A DNA stretch of 63,773 nt, the filler included, from Welwitschia mirabilis (taxonomy: Eukaryota), in assembly GCA_051453625.1 (NCBI GenBank). It is 6 parts of one record of this genome, joined end to end, with 100 filler letters (N's around TTAATTAATTAA, not from the genome) between each part and the next. Parts side by side here need not be neighbours in the genome. Positions count along the whole stretch, not along the records: positions 41,306 to 58,076 come from JBOZIK010000001.1; positions 58,177 to 63,773 come from JBOZIK010000001.1; 4 more parts are not named here. One strand, 5' to 3'. Each line of letters begins with the position of its first letter. The stretch's first letter is position 1. Below are positions 52,501-63,229 of the stretch, one piece after another. Below the pieces are notes generated by a model. It ran no database searches, had not been told where the DNA came from, and was given only the letters and a program-made list of their open reading frames with translations. The translations under genes and the position numbers were made by a program.

Positions 52501-52832
52501 CAGCATACCCCCAGGTCATCAATAATAGTAGGCATAGTTTGCATAAACAACCCACCATCAGCAAATGACATTGATATCCTAACAATTTTTCAAAATACGG
52601 ATCGAACACACATGTTATTTTATTAACAACCAAGGAGGAAGGAGATGTCAATAGAAGTATTTTTCTACTTACAAATAGTGAGTGTTAATTAGCTCTCTAC
52701 AGATCAAATAAATATTGAGCCTGAACAACTAAAAAGAGAAATAATCATAAATCTCACCATTTACCAAAAATATTTCCTACAGCATCTTCATGTACAGAAA
52801 GGCCAGCTTCTTTCATCAGGTGTTTTATGTAC
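13413..52832 (-). CDS. UAH: Ureidoglycolate amidohydrolase (M20 family), partial spliced model: join(52758..52832,44814..44942,44457..44543,44029..44231,43788..43890,[exon not visible],31170..31232,26785..27025,26547..26587,13413..13510); 5' exons not visible
   Basis: Exon translations are collinear with plant [83 protein letters not shown]. All visible junctions are GT-AG. Phases are compatible except across 31233-43787. Confidence 0.95.
14522..14606. repeat. Tandem duplication of about 41 bp
   Basis: AGCCTTAA.AT.GGACACTACCTTAC.GACAAT.GACTAC twice. Confidence 0.75.
15300..16450 (-). mobile_element. Degenerate Sirevirus-type LTR remnant(s)
   Basis: TTTATAGTGGTTTG.CA..(A)GCCTACTCCACTCTCA at about 15749 matches 5543-5579; CTAGAGGG-type end at about 15520; boundaries approximate. 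Confidence 0.45.
16500..19103 (-). mobile_element. Degenerate Ty1/Copia (Tork/Tnt1-like) internal region, from GAG-pre-integrase through integrase and RT to RNase H
   Basis: [12 protein letters not shown] and WHQGLGHLS (ORF 18829..19080), LVCKLRRSL (17263..17469), LLLYVDD-type core at about 17225, [17 protein letters not shown] at about 16550-16610; cut by the Sirevirus at 19104. Confidence 0.85.
19597..19696. other. Artificial scaffold linker N44-TTAATTAATTAA-N44 (also at 26398-26497, 38710-38809, 41206-41305, 58077-58176)
   Basis: Identical 100-bp structure five times; the 12-mer has stop codons in all six frames. Confidence 0.95.
22621..22807 (-). mobile_element. LTR end of another retrotransposon nested in the Sirevirus between integrase and RT, running into gap 22808-23739
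   Basis: Abrupt TGTTAC right after [45 protein letters not shown] is a typical reverse-oriented plant LTR end. Reverse TATA at about 22785. Confidence 0.6.
24513..25600 (+). pseudogene. Degenerate env-like/extra ORF of the Sirevirus (putative plant transposon protein domain)
   Basis: ATG at 24513 after RNase [35 protein letters not shown] and [11 protein letters not shown] motifs; C-terminal coiled-coil-like stretch; stops and frameshifts. Confidence 0.65.
25700..25873 (+). repeat. 56-bp tandem array (at least 3 units), each with two GGACGTCC-type palindromes
   Basis: Units start at 25700, 25756 and 25812; the same unit occurs in the 5' LTR at about 19200-19258. Confidence 0.85.
26547..26587 (-). 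CDS. UAH: UAH exon [13 protein letters not shown](G), 41 bp
   Basis: Acceptor gaacag|G and donor G|gttta; matches the GMIFIPC motif. Confidence 0.93.
26785..27025 (-). CDS. UAH: UAH exon [11 protein letters not shown]...[13 protein letters not shown](R), 241 bp
   Basis: Acceptor ttttgttcag|AT and donor AG|gttgg; part of ORF 26772..27077. Confidence 0.96.
27645..27694. repeat. Perfect 25-bp tandem duplication
   Basis: ATGTATCCCAGAATGTTAAAAGGAA twice. Confidence 0.9.
28100..28950 (+). mobile_element. hAT transposon 3' remnant (dimerisation domain plus right TIR)
   Basis: [21 protein letters not shown] resembles RILSQTCSASGCERNWS; TIR-like AACAACTATG at 28941-28950. Confidence 0.65.
28990..29810 (+). 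mobile_element. Degenerate Ty3/Gypsy (chromovirus-like) integrase C-terminal region
   Basis: [28 protein letters not shown] at about 29440-29570 is a decayed GPY/F module. Confidence 0.55.
31170..31232 (-). CDS. UAH: UAH exon (G)[20 protein letters not shown](D), 63 bp
   Basis: Acceptor cataag|GT and donor G|gtatg; near-identical to the [18 protein letters not shown] motif of plant UAH. Confidence 0.95.
   Translation of the reverse strand: MSWNSILVQLIAFLANHILR
32830..33480 (+). mobile_element. Ty1/Copia gag (UBN2-type) remnant
   Basis: [46 protein letters not shown]. Confidence 0.7.
34823..35330. mobile_element. hAT-type MITE, 508 bp
   Basis: TIRs CATAGTTGT / ATAACTATG; flanking 8-mers ATTTCAAT and GCTTGAAT (5/8 match, decayed TSD); many internal GATC(C) repeats. 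Confidence 0.65.
35640..37570 (-). mobile_element. Highly degenerate Ty1/Copia (Tork-like) gag-protease-integrase
   Basis: PBS-like TGGTATTAGAG at about 37556-37566; [19 protein letters not shown] at about 36360-36430. Confidence 0.6.
38627..38709. mobile_element. Terminus of a young hAT-like element running into gap 38710-38809
   Basis: CAGTGATTAAAAA TIR-like start; CpG-rich subterminal sequence with the perfect palindrome CGCGACATGTCGCG. Confidence 0.5.
38810..39610 (-). mobile_element. Degenerate repeat, probably LINE ORF1 region; homologous to 62409-62555
   Basis: Shared conceptual peptide (K.IVV..W.N.T..LA.F..R.*CNL.T..D) followed by a purine-rich tract in both copies. Confidence 0.4.
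39830..40732 (-). mobile_element. Probable solo LTR
   Basis: TGATG start and CCATC end; reverse TATA with AACCCTAA motifs at about 40370-40415; no TSD found. Confidence 0.35.
43175..43514 (+). mobile_element. Probable Copia solo LTR (340 bp)
   Basis: TGTTGA...TCAACA termini; TATATAAG at about 43374; no matching TSD. Confidence 0.4.
43788..43890 (-). CDS. UAH: UAH exon [33 protein letters not shown](R), 103 bp
   Basis: Acceptor ctgtag|GG and donor AG|gtaca; GGHAG motif. Confidence 0.96.
44029..44231 (-). CDS. UAH: UAH exon [14 protein letters not shown]...[19 protein letters not shown](G), 203 bp
   Basis: Acceptor caacag|C and donor G|gtgag; ELHIEQG motif; part of ORF 43748..44227. Confidence 0.96.
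44457..44543 (-). CDS. UAH: UAH exon [28 protein letters not shown](S), 87 bp
   Basis: Acceptor ctgtag|A and donor AG|gtgat; EE motif. Confidence 0.96.
44814..44942 (-). CDS. UAH: UAH exon [42 protein letters not shown](R), 129 bp
   Basis: Acceptor aaacag|G and donor AG|gtttg; carries the metal-ligand His (GSHID) and Asp (YDG). Confidence 0.96.
45719..46053. repeat. Diverged tandem duplication, period about 180 bp
   Basis: CTAACTAAACAT..CCAGAT.CACTAGGAAGAAAGTGTCATCTTT..CTTTGTCATAAAGGCAA..CACCTTCACCC.TG twice. Confidence 0.8.
46440..46830 (-). mobile_element. Sirevirus-type Copia reverse transcriptase fragment
   Basis: [42 protein letters not shown]. Confidence 0.75.
47050..48900 (-). mobile_element. 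Sirevirus-type LTR remnants and multi-PPT region
   Basis: Reverse PPT/LTR junction CTAACA|ATCTCCCCCTTT at 47892-47909, a second at about 47997, and TACTCCCACTGAAAGATG twice. Homologous segments at about 47250-47520 and 48590-48830. Confidence 0.6.
49270..49600 (+). mobile_element. Tork/Tnt1-like Copia gag fragment
   Basis: [29 protein letters not shown]. Confidence 0.55.
49730..50850 (-). mobile_element. Possible highly decayed LINE (endonuclease/RT) fragment
   Basis: Weak motifs only ([13 protein letters not shown]-like); boundaries approximate. Confidence 0.3.
52758..52832 (-). CDS. UAH: UAH exon (R)[24 protein letters not shown](W), 75 bp
   Basis: Acceptor ttcttag|G and donor TG|gtgag; matches the [11 protein letters not shown] motif. 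Confidence 0.93.
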
Positions 52833-55619
52833 CTAAGAATATTCAACGACAAACACAAAACATAAATTGAGTTGTTAATCAAGTGAATTGGACTAATAGC
52901 TCATTACTTCTTATCTATTTCAAAGACACTCTTTAAACATATTGCAAAGAATAGGATTTATTGAATTTTCTACAGTGTAGTCAAACTATGAATAAGTGAT
53001 CTATCGGCAGGTGTAGGTCAAAATTTCTGATTTTGTATGAACAATAGACAAGGCAAAGAAAGAATAGGAACATATTCCATCAACCTTGCTAACATTTTAA
53101 GTATGTAAGGTTATAACATGTAAAAAGAAAAATGGAACATGATTATTTTTCCCCTAAAAGATGTGTGTTCCAGTAAGCACACAGATGTCATTTCCATGCG
53201 TTTTTTCAAATGCAATTGCCAACAATGTAATCAACAAGCAAAGTTCGGATTCTAACTCCTGGGAAATCATTCAAGAAAGGCATCATGAAGTACATGAGAT
53301 TTGCATAGCATGCATAATGCTTGTGTGACAACCCAGAAAATGGAAATTATTCAAATTTAAAAAGATTAATCACATATATGATGCCTCTGTCAATTTGTCA
53401 CATCAGATTAACCTGACCAGTAATGAAATAACATGTGTTATCTATTATGTTCCATGTCATGACCTCTCAAGTCTCAATCACGCAATACAATCTAAAATGC
53501 TGTTTATTTACTTTTTTCCTTTTCCCCCCTTTTTCCCTCCTTTCTTGGTTTGTGGGTGCTTGTGTGAGTAAAAACTAACAGAGAGTTCTCCTCTTGAGAT
53601 TGTTTATATTCCAAAAGCGCAACATTTCAAAAATGGATACACTTATTCCAGATTAAGGTAAATTGTCATAATACTGTATTCCCTGAAAGTGAACAAGAAG
53701 TGAGATCTGAAAGAAGACAAAACCCAATTTTCTTAAAATTATCAATCTGAAAAAGCCAAAACACATCTGCACAAGTTTTAGCAAAGAATTGCTTATATCA
53801 GAAGAGTTAATACTCATGAGAAAACAAGCAAGGCACTAATGAAACAAATATTTGCACAAAAATAAATCTGACAAGGAATATTAATACATCCAATAGGATG
53901 AAGATGTGCATCTAGTTTCAGGATGCCTCTTCATTATGTGTATTTTAGAAAGCGAAGATTCAATTTGTATATCATGTTTGACAATTTAAGCACTAGTTTT
54001 GTGATAGTCACGTAACGGCTAATGGTAACATTATTTGCAGATTCTTTAAATAACTGATTTGGTTTATCAAATTATCTGACATTTGTTGCATCATTCTAAG
54101 ATTCCAAGAACCATATTCACAACCCCTCCCCCACCTGAACTCTAGGGTTCTGATCTGCATTGTTGTGCCCTGCTAGAGGGCTTATGTCCTTTTCCACCAC
54201 CTTCAACCACACAACACTGTAATTGTCAAATGAAACATCCGGAAATTCTATAGAATAGGGTATAGGCACTACTCTTTTTCCACCTATTAATGGCACCAGC
54301 GTAAACATCTTAGGATTCTCAACCTCATCATGCTGAAAGCCTGAAGCAATGTCCGATATGGCTCTATAACCACCAGTTGATTGCCAAACCTCCACAAGCA
54401 TGTAATTACATCACCTTTACCTGCTTCTCTGTTTCCTTGCCTCTACCATTTCTGCTGCTCTNNNNNNNNNNNNNNNNNNNNNNNNNNNNNNNNNNNNNNN
54501 NNNNNNNNNNNNNNNNNNNNNNNNNNNNNNNNNNNNNNNNNNNNNNNNNNNNNNNNNNNNNNNNNNNNNNNNNNNNNNNNNNNNNNNNNNNNNNNNNNNN
54601 NNNNNNNNNNNNNNNNNNNNNNNNNNNNNNNNNNNNNNNNNNNNNNNNNNNNNNNNNNNNNNNNNNNNNNNNNNNNNNNNNNNNNNNNNNNNNNNNNNNN
54701 NNNNNNNNNNNNNNNNNNNNNNNNNNNNNNNNNNNNNNNNNNNNNNNNNNNNNNNNNNNNNNNNNNNNNNNNNNNNNNNNNNNNNNNNNNNNNNNNNNNN
54801 NNNNNNNNNNNNNNNNNNNNNNNNNNNNNNNNNNNNNNNNNNNNNNNNNNNNNNNNNNNNNNNNNNNNNNNNNNNNNNNNNNNNNNNNNNNNNNNNNNNN
54901 NNNNNNNNNNNNNNNNNNNNNNNNNNNNNNNNNNNNNNNNNNNNNNNNNNNNNNNNNNNNNNNNNNNNNNNNNNNNNNNNNNNNNNNNNNNNNNNNNNNN
55001 NNNNNNNNNNNNNNNNNNNNNNNNNNNNNNNNNNNNNNNNNNNNNNNNNNNNNNNNNNNNNNNNNNNNNNNNNNNNNNNNNNNNNNNNNNNNNNNNNNNN
55101 NNNNNNNNNNNNNNNNNNNNNNNNNNNNNNNNNNNNNNNNNNNNNNNNNNNNNNNNNNNNNNNNNNNNNNNNNNNNNNNNNNNNNNNNNNNNNNNNNNNN
55201 NNNNNNNNNNNNNNNNNNNNNNNNNNNNNNNNNNNNNNNNNNNNNNNNNNNNNNNNCCGGAAAGAGACTGACCAGGAGAAGAACCCATACCTATATAGTA
55301 AGTAAAAATTGACTATGTTAGTCATGGGAAGTAAAAAGAGATCCAAGAATTGTTAGACATTCATATAAGATCTAAGAGAAGGATGTGATTTCGCTGATAT
55401 TACCGTTTCAAATGAGATATGATGCTCAAGGCATTATATGTCTAGGTGTTATATCCTGCCATCTAAGCCTTCAGTTAAGTGTAACACTTTATAGTTTATA
55501 CTCAGGAAAACTAGTTTGAAAATAAACATTCCATGCCTAAAAGAATTCACCAACTATTGACTTCACAATCAAGCTATACTTCTGAAGTTCTGATGTTTAA
55601 CCCAAGCTGAACAAATGAC

Positions 55620-55950
55620 TTACGCCTGAACATTATAATTTGTAGGCGTCATCCACCTATGCCTTCATAAAATGATCCCCGGGCACCATACATCCATCTT
55701 GGCCTCATGCAAACTTAGTCATCCAACATAAACCAACATAAATCCACATTGCAGATAAGCTTCTCATGACCAAGACATATGATGCCTAAGCATCACAACC
55801 ATGGATGTCATCCACACATATCTCACAAACATCATGGCTTGATGATATATACCAAATTTCTCAGGAAGCAACATAACAAGGAAAGTTATGATGCCCAAGT
55901 GCCACACAGCTAGGTGACAGATATCAAAAGGCTCCAAGTAGAACACATGT
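55620..55950 (-). mobile_element. Possible decayed Gypsy (Athila/Tat-like) RT core
   Basis: DVCEICVDDI and PGIIL*RH-like segments resembling VEVYVDD / GIVLGH. Confidence 0.3.
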
Positions 55951-57345
55951 TAGTTACAAAGGAACATAAAATGCACCAATGTCATATGCTTGGGCATAAC
56001 AACTCCTCTTGAACAAACACAAAACTGAATCCTTATTCACCTTCAAAAACCCTAAACCCTCCCACAAGTAGTGCCTTTATGAAGCATCTCGACGTCAACT
56101 ATGACACCACAACCAAGCACAGTCCATATCCTCCCCTAAATTTCCAACCTCCATGACTACAAATCTCTCCTATCCTCCCTCCCCCATCTCTGGTCCCCTG
56201 CCCCTCCACTCATATAAATGAAATTTTTTTAATAAAAAAAGCATCTACACCAAATGTGTTAAACACAAGAAAGTAAAAACTCATGAAAAGATTTCAACAA
56301 ACTCCTAATCCCTGCAACTCTGAACACATATTGGAATTGGTGAAATCATCAACAATTCACAAACTCAAAACAAAAAGGGAAAAAGAAACCTAGAAACACT
56401 AAAAAATTTCCATGCGCATTTTGATTGAAACATAATCATAAATCATTAGGGATCCAAGTTAGCAAAGGTGAATCCCTAAGCACAATGATAAAACATTAGA
56501 TCCAAGGCAAAAAGCCAAGCTAGGTGTCAACATAGCTCACCTTTTTTTAATTAAAACAAACAAATTTATATACAATGTGTTCACTATCTTCAGCTTTAAC
56601 AACTTACTAAACTATAGGATCCACATCCCTTATGTCTTAGAGCCATCAACAACCCAAACCAAAATCGAACTTTTCACCAAATATACATATAAGTCCTTTG
56701 CCATTAAAATGAAAGAACACATCACACATGCAAGGACTAACGATAACTGGCCTAAACACTCAAGAGATTCACCTAGGAGACTCACCCAAACACCAGACAC
56801 ACCAAGAGACTTACTCATTGAGGGAAACAAATCCTGGCACATACCTAAAAACTCAGAAAACTCTCAGAACCACTAAGGATAAATCTTGGAACTATTTGGA
56901 AAAATCAGGAATATGTTTCTTGAGACAACTTAGAAGCAAGTTTTCTAGATTTACGAAATGAAAAAAAAAAGTGTTTAATAAGGTCTCATGCCACTCCTAA
57001 ATCCACCATTTCCATATGTGAATTGTTTTTAGCTATTAACCACCTAAGTCCCACCATGGATACCAGATGCCTTAAACAATTTTGGGACACCCACAAAATT
57101 TTAAATATAATAAAGGCAACTAACAATGATTTTCTTTTTTAATAAACTATATACTTTTAACGCTTCCTAAAATTAATATTACAACTCCTTAAACCACGTT
57201 GAGAATTGAACTCACCCTAACATATTCTAAAGCTAGTTACTTTTACAACTTGTGATAAATGTTGAATGGAATGATCTCACACAATTATTTAGTTAGAAAA
57301 CTCCTGATCATCAATATATAATTTGTACAATTAATGGGAACCTAG

Positions 57346-58076
57346 TGTTGGAAGCGAAGACAAATCTCTTGTTATGTCTTTTCTTTGTTCCTTTTGTATT
57401 GTGGACGTTATAATTTCCTTCTTGATAAATTATAGTTAGAAAGAAAAGAGGGAAGACAAGGGGAATAGGGGCATGGCATATGCATCAAACAAAAGAGAAG
57501 ATAGATTGGCTATGAACGACAGCCTGTGTCCTTAACTTTGCAAGCGAATAAGTGAGCTCTCCATTTCGTCACATTGGGTTTTTCCATGTTAAATCTAGTG
57601 TCTTGTTGTTTTTGCTCTATTGCGTTTTTTAACAATCGGTATTAGAGACCTAGTTTGAGGCCTTGGACCTTTTTTCTTGATATCTATTGATGCAATGAAT
57701 TTTTCATCTGTACGGTTTAACACAGCGAATTTTTCATTTGTATAATCATTGAGATGGGATGCTTGCAATCGATGAAAATGTTGGTTGGACCAAACTAGGA
57801 CATTTAGAGTGTGATGATGATGGATGTCTTGGAATAGAACAAGTGTGCCAAAGCCATCAAAGTGACCAAGCCCTCTGGCATGTCTGATGAAAACGTGATA
57901 AAGATGATGTCGAAAGCAATGTCTTTCATTTGTCCTTGCCTCGGTAATGGTACCTTCAGATCTGTAAGGACAGAAACTTATCTTGCTACTATGTGGACAA
58001 AGTTGAAGAACAGTTTATAAACCTTGAGGTTTGAATCAATTTCACGTCGATCAAAAGCTTTTGAATTCAAAGATAA
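57346..58076 (+). mobile_element. 5' LTR (about 57346-57634), PBS and gag start of a Tork-like Copia, truncated by a gap
   Basis: TGTTG..TTAACA termini; PBS-like CGGTATTAGAG; KAMSFICPCLG..VRTETY..MWTKLKN. Confidence 0.65.
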
Positions 58077-58419
58077 NNNNNNNNNNNNNNNNNNNNNNNN
58101 NNNNNNNNNNNNNNNNNNNNTTAATTAATTAANNNNNNNNNNNNNNNNNNNNNNNNNNNNNNNNNNNNNNNNNNNNTGCTCTCCACAAGTCCGCCTAGCA
58201 CTCTCCCAACCTAGGGTTTGGCATTATCTATCTTACCCATTTTCATCACTTTATTTTACCTCGTCCTTTGTCTTTGTATAAAGGTAATTAATACAACTTA
58301 GAAGCTTCTATTCCTTTTTAATTTCATAGGTTTTTCATCTTTTGTATGAATATGTTGTAGGTTGTTTTTATACATGTTTGGTAAGTAATTGTGTTTGCAA
58401 TGTTGTACTACTAGGTGAT

Positions 58420-58800
58420 TAGGAAAAATGTACCAAAAGCATGGTACTAATGCTCTATGAGATTTGGTGTGGAAGGAATTAAGAAAGAAGTTGACTGCAC
58501 AACATAAGTGATTCGCAAATAATGAGATAAGCTCACATAAGGCATTGGAAGGTGCATTGGATAAGCCTCCAAGTTTATAAATACTCTCTTCAATCTTCAT
58601 GATTTGTCACTCTCTTAAGCTCTTGGTCATGTCATCATGTAGTTACATTTTCACTGCTCCTAATAACTTAATATTCATCACAAGATGGTGGAAGATGTAT
58701 GGCTATGACAGTCATCAGTTGTCTACATTTGCAAGACATATCTTATCTCAACCATGTAGCTCTTCTAGAAAACAATTTATGAATTCCACAAATTACATAG
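58420..58800 (+). mobile_element. hAT transposase remnant (dimerisation domain)
   Basis: WWKMYGYDSHQLSTFARHILSQPCSSS in ORF 58599..58865. Confidence 0.75.
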
Positions 58801-60449
58801 ATATTTTGATTTATGTTTCTTCTTTCTTTTTTCTAAAGTTCTTTATAATGAAGATAAGAACTTAAGCAATCTCCGCAATGGCCAGCATGATGCTTGCTAT
58901 GGAAACCATGCAAGCTACTCTGCACTTTGAATTGAAGGCAGTGAAGTGGTTCAAAATGATTAAGGTCAAGGTTGAGGAAGCCAACAAAAACCATGGTGAT
59001 CATGGATTTGCTAGTCATGGTCATATTGATGCCAATCCTATTCCCAAAGGCACTCGCAAACACATTTTTGAACCTCACAGTGGTACTACTACCAACATTG
59101 AAATGAAACATCAGCGTGTAGATTGAGGAAATTAGGGAACTTCTATTGATCAAGAAACATTAAAAGAGCCAAAAGACAGCAATGAAAGCTATGAAAAGAG
59201 ACCATGACAACCAAGTGATGAATGGAGAAAACTACGAAGATCCTAAAGATGACATGCATGTGGAATCACCAGATGAATGGCATGGGTGCATTTAAGGCAC
59301 TAAGTGGGAGAAAAAATGCAAAAATGTATCGTGTTTTGTTTATACATACACGTGAAACTCACTGCAGTATGTCTGATTGAGGGAGTGTGCATGTGTTTAG
59401 CATTAATGCCAAAAGTCTAGTGAGTTGGGGCTTTGCCAACCCTAGTGGCATGTGTTGTGTAGGAGTAGGTACATGTGTTGTTTTTGTGTTCTTTATTGCA
59501 TTGCTCTGTTTCACCTGTGCATTACATTAGATGAAACAATGCTTGCGTTAAAAGGATGATGGTTTAAGATGGTGTAATGTGGTTTTGCCATTGAGTGAGT
59601 GACTAAGCCAAATCCATGGTCTTTTTACAAAAAAGAAGAAAAATAAATGCTTGAAGGAAACACACACAAGCAAGCAAACATCACCTACCATTACAAGGAA
59701 ACAAATAAAATGCAAAGTGATTCCTAATCCCCTACCAAACCAGGAGAAAAGATTAACTGGTGCCCTTCCATTACCTTACATCATAATTTACACATGAGGT
59801 TGATTGAGCAACAAGCAATCAATCCTTAATGAAACCCTACATTCATCGAATCTAATCATATTTCTAATCTAACTACGTAAATAGCTTGCAATTATACTTT
59901 AAAGTGATCCTTCTTCTAGGCATGTTGATACTTAAATAGTCAAAGTTTTGGATGCCATATTCTTATTATCGAACAGATTGCACTAATACTTCAAGTCAAT
60001 TGTTAAGATACCTTAATATCAAAAGATTTGCATTAGGGCCCCTCTATAATATATCATGGATCTTGTGACCTCAATAGTCATTGTCAAGAATGAATGCATC
60101 CCTAAACCCTTGATCTACCTGCACCCTAGTCTTCCTTGTGAAGTAGGCGTCATTCATTCAGTGATTGTACTACACTGCTATTGCAATTCTATAATTGGAG
60201 TTTCCATGGCATTGTTCTAAGCACTTAGAATAGAATGCTTTTTTTTTCCAAATGCATGGAGTTGTTAATGTTTTGATCTTGCACCCTTGAGGCATTGATG
60301 CAGCATTTGGTGATATTCATCTTTCTTAAAAATAGATCCATCATTGTCAAAGCTATCCTTAATACTTTTCCTTGTTATTGATATTTGTGTTTATAGTTCT
60401 ACATATCATTTATGTTATTATTTGATGTATTGCATATTTGATAAGTAAT

Positions 60450-61250
60450 CTTATTCTTCATCTTATTCGATCTTAACAATTGAAAGGAGTTTATGAACTT
60501 GTTATGTACCTTCAAAGTAATATAAGTTGTGCAGTAAAAGTGCCTATACCCATCTTATCACCAACCTTATTACCTTTACCTTCCCCCATCACTATATCAA
60601 AGAACTTCTTATCAATTGTGAATTTCTCAACAATCTTTTGTGCACCTACAAACTCTACAATCAACCTTTCTAATTATTTATTAGCAATATCAACTTTGGT
60701 TTATTTATTAGTTAAACCTGCTTTCAAGCTACATTTCCTTTTTTAAGCCAAAATTAGACTATGATTAAACAAGCTATTATAGGGAAATACAACTAATCAT
60801 AATCTTCAAATCTATCATTATGTACCTTACAACTACTAAATCCAACATCATTTTCTTCATTTGTCCTAGGAGTAAGATCAAATTCTTTGAATATCTCTTC
60901 TAGGACCCATCTAGGAAGGCTTCTAATTCATCATCATCCAAAATTACTCTGAGAGGCTTTTTTCGCTAAGATCTTGTCTTGCTTTCCTTCTAGGTATTAG
61001 CACAATTGAGTAATTGTGTCTCCAAATCCCTTGCATTTGAACCATTGAATGGGATTTTTGTTCTTTTGAAAGTTTGTTTGTTTCTTAAAGTCCTTCGTTT
61101 TACAGCAATTTCAAGAACCATGTCTGCTAATGATAAACATTTTGAATCTTCCACTAAGACACACAAAATCCTCATCATACTTATTACTGTCCATCTTAAA
61201 ATCTTCACCTTTGAATATCCTCAAGACTAAATTTTCTATTGATGTAAATT
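60450..61250 (-). mobile_element. Sirevirus-type gag/protease remnant
   Basis: DEDFVCLSGRFKMF parallels [14 protein letters not shown] at about 20255; decayed knuckle QWFKCKGFG. Confidence 0.5.
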
Positions 61251-63229
61251 CCTTTCCCTAGGCATGAAAAGGACAACAACGTCCACTTTCCAGGTGAGGT
61301 GACTTAGATTTGTTTTAAAGGCTGCTACAAATTAGGTACTCAAAATGAATGCTCAAAGTACAAAGTTAAGAAGGAACAATATAGAGCACAAGTTGGAGGC
61401 CTAGTGAGAAAACCTCCCACAATAAAGGGCTCTAAAAAGAACCAAAACAAAGCACCCAAAAAAAAAGGTCAAAGGGCAAGGAAAGAGAAGACTTCCAAAT
61501 GAATGAAGTATCCTCTAGGTTGCTCCAAGGTGTGCATAGCAAGGGAGATGGAACAAATCTTTGGTTTCAGAATAGAGGTTCTAAACAAACTTCTCCCAAG
61601 TCTAGGGTAAAGGCAAACAAGGTTCTAGAAAGGGGAAGGAGGGTACACCAAAGAGGTGGTCTACTTCTACTGAACAAAGGGTTAACTCTTCCTCATAGAA
61701 AGGACGTTGCCTTAACAAGGTCCTCTGTTCACTCTCTCTAATGTGCCTACAAATTGTAAGTGTCAGATATGAGAAGAAGAAAATAATTTATTATAATAAG
61801 CAAAACTCTTAATTGTAAGACGTCACTCTCTCCTCAAAGTGACAAGAAGAGGGTATATATAATTGTTCCCCAACCAAAGAGGTAGAGAGACAACTAAAAG
61901 ACTTTAGACACAAAAAAGGACAAAAACTATTGTGAAACTCTAGGAAACTTGTAGATGAATCCTTCATAAAAAGGAAGGGGGTGGAGAGGGGAGGGAATCT
62001 TCTATCTTCTCTTGGGACTTCTTCTTGAAGGAGATGTGCCATCAGCTAACTCAAGATGTGAAGAGGGATATTCTTGTGAGACTGAGACTATTATGTGAGC
62101 ATAGGAAGGGAAGCCTCCAATTTAAAGATTAACATTACAAGACTAGAAGATAACTAGGGATACAGAGAATAGATAACATAGAGAGGGTACCCCAAACATA
62201 AGAAGCAATAAATAAGAGAGAAAGGGAAAGACTACCTCTCTAGACTAAGAGCAGAGAAGATTGAATGATGTGGACGAAATAGAAGGGGGTGCGATGAAAG
62301 ACTCAAATAACATTCCAATGTCAGCTTCAAATTAACTATAATGCCATGGCATTACGACTTCTTGAAGACTGGAGGTAGAAATGGTCAAAGACTCAGCTTG
62401 TCCCTGTTGGTGCCAAAGAGGATCGCTCTGACAAAATAGTAGTCATCTCCCTGCTCATCAGGTTGGCACTCACCTCATGGTGTAATGTCACAGGTTGGCT
62501 CGCTTAATTCTTGCACATTCTAAGGATTTGATGCAACCTTAGAACTCTTGTAGATCCAATGTACTTAAATTTAACAAGCATACCCATTGAGGAGGAAGCT
62601 GGACGAGAGAGGGTAAGAAATTCTAGAATACACCAGTGAACTAATTTCAATAGAAGGAAAGCAGCAGCTAGAAGTGAACCCTATTTGAAGGAGGGATGTC
62701 AGATTGGATTCCAAGAGAAGGGAAAAGAGCTAGGCTGAGAGGGATGATAAAAGGGGGAGAGGATATTCCATGCCCTAGTTGTGAAAGGGACAACATTCCA
62801 TGCGTAGGGCATGGAAAAGGCTTGGATTCCACACGCAGGGCATGGAATAGGTTTGGATGGTGGAGCAAGGGTGATGAGATGGTGGAGAGGGGGTGGAAGA
62901 TGAAGGGGAAATGAGAGAAAAGAGGAATAGGAAAGAAGCAAAGGCAAAAGGCGGTAAGCAAGAGGGAACCTCAAGTCTAAAGCTAAGTCCTTAAGCTAAA
63001 GAAGGAGTTTCTTACTCAGATGAACTTTGAAGTTTGCTAGGATCACTAGAGGAGAAGGTTTCTAGAGCCATGAAGCTCTTAAATGCCATAAAAGAATGCC
63101 TTAACACCTGAATTTTGCCTATATGAACCNNNNNNNNNNNNNNNNNNNNNNNNNNNNNNNNNNNNNNNNNNNNNNNNNNNNNNNNNNNNNNNNNNNNNNN
63201 NNNNNNNNNNNNNNNNNNNNNNNNNNNNN

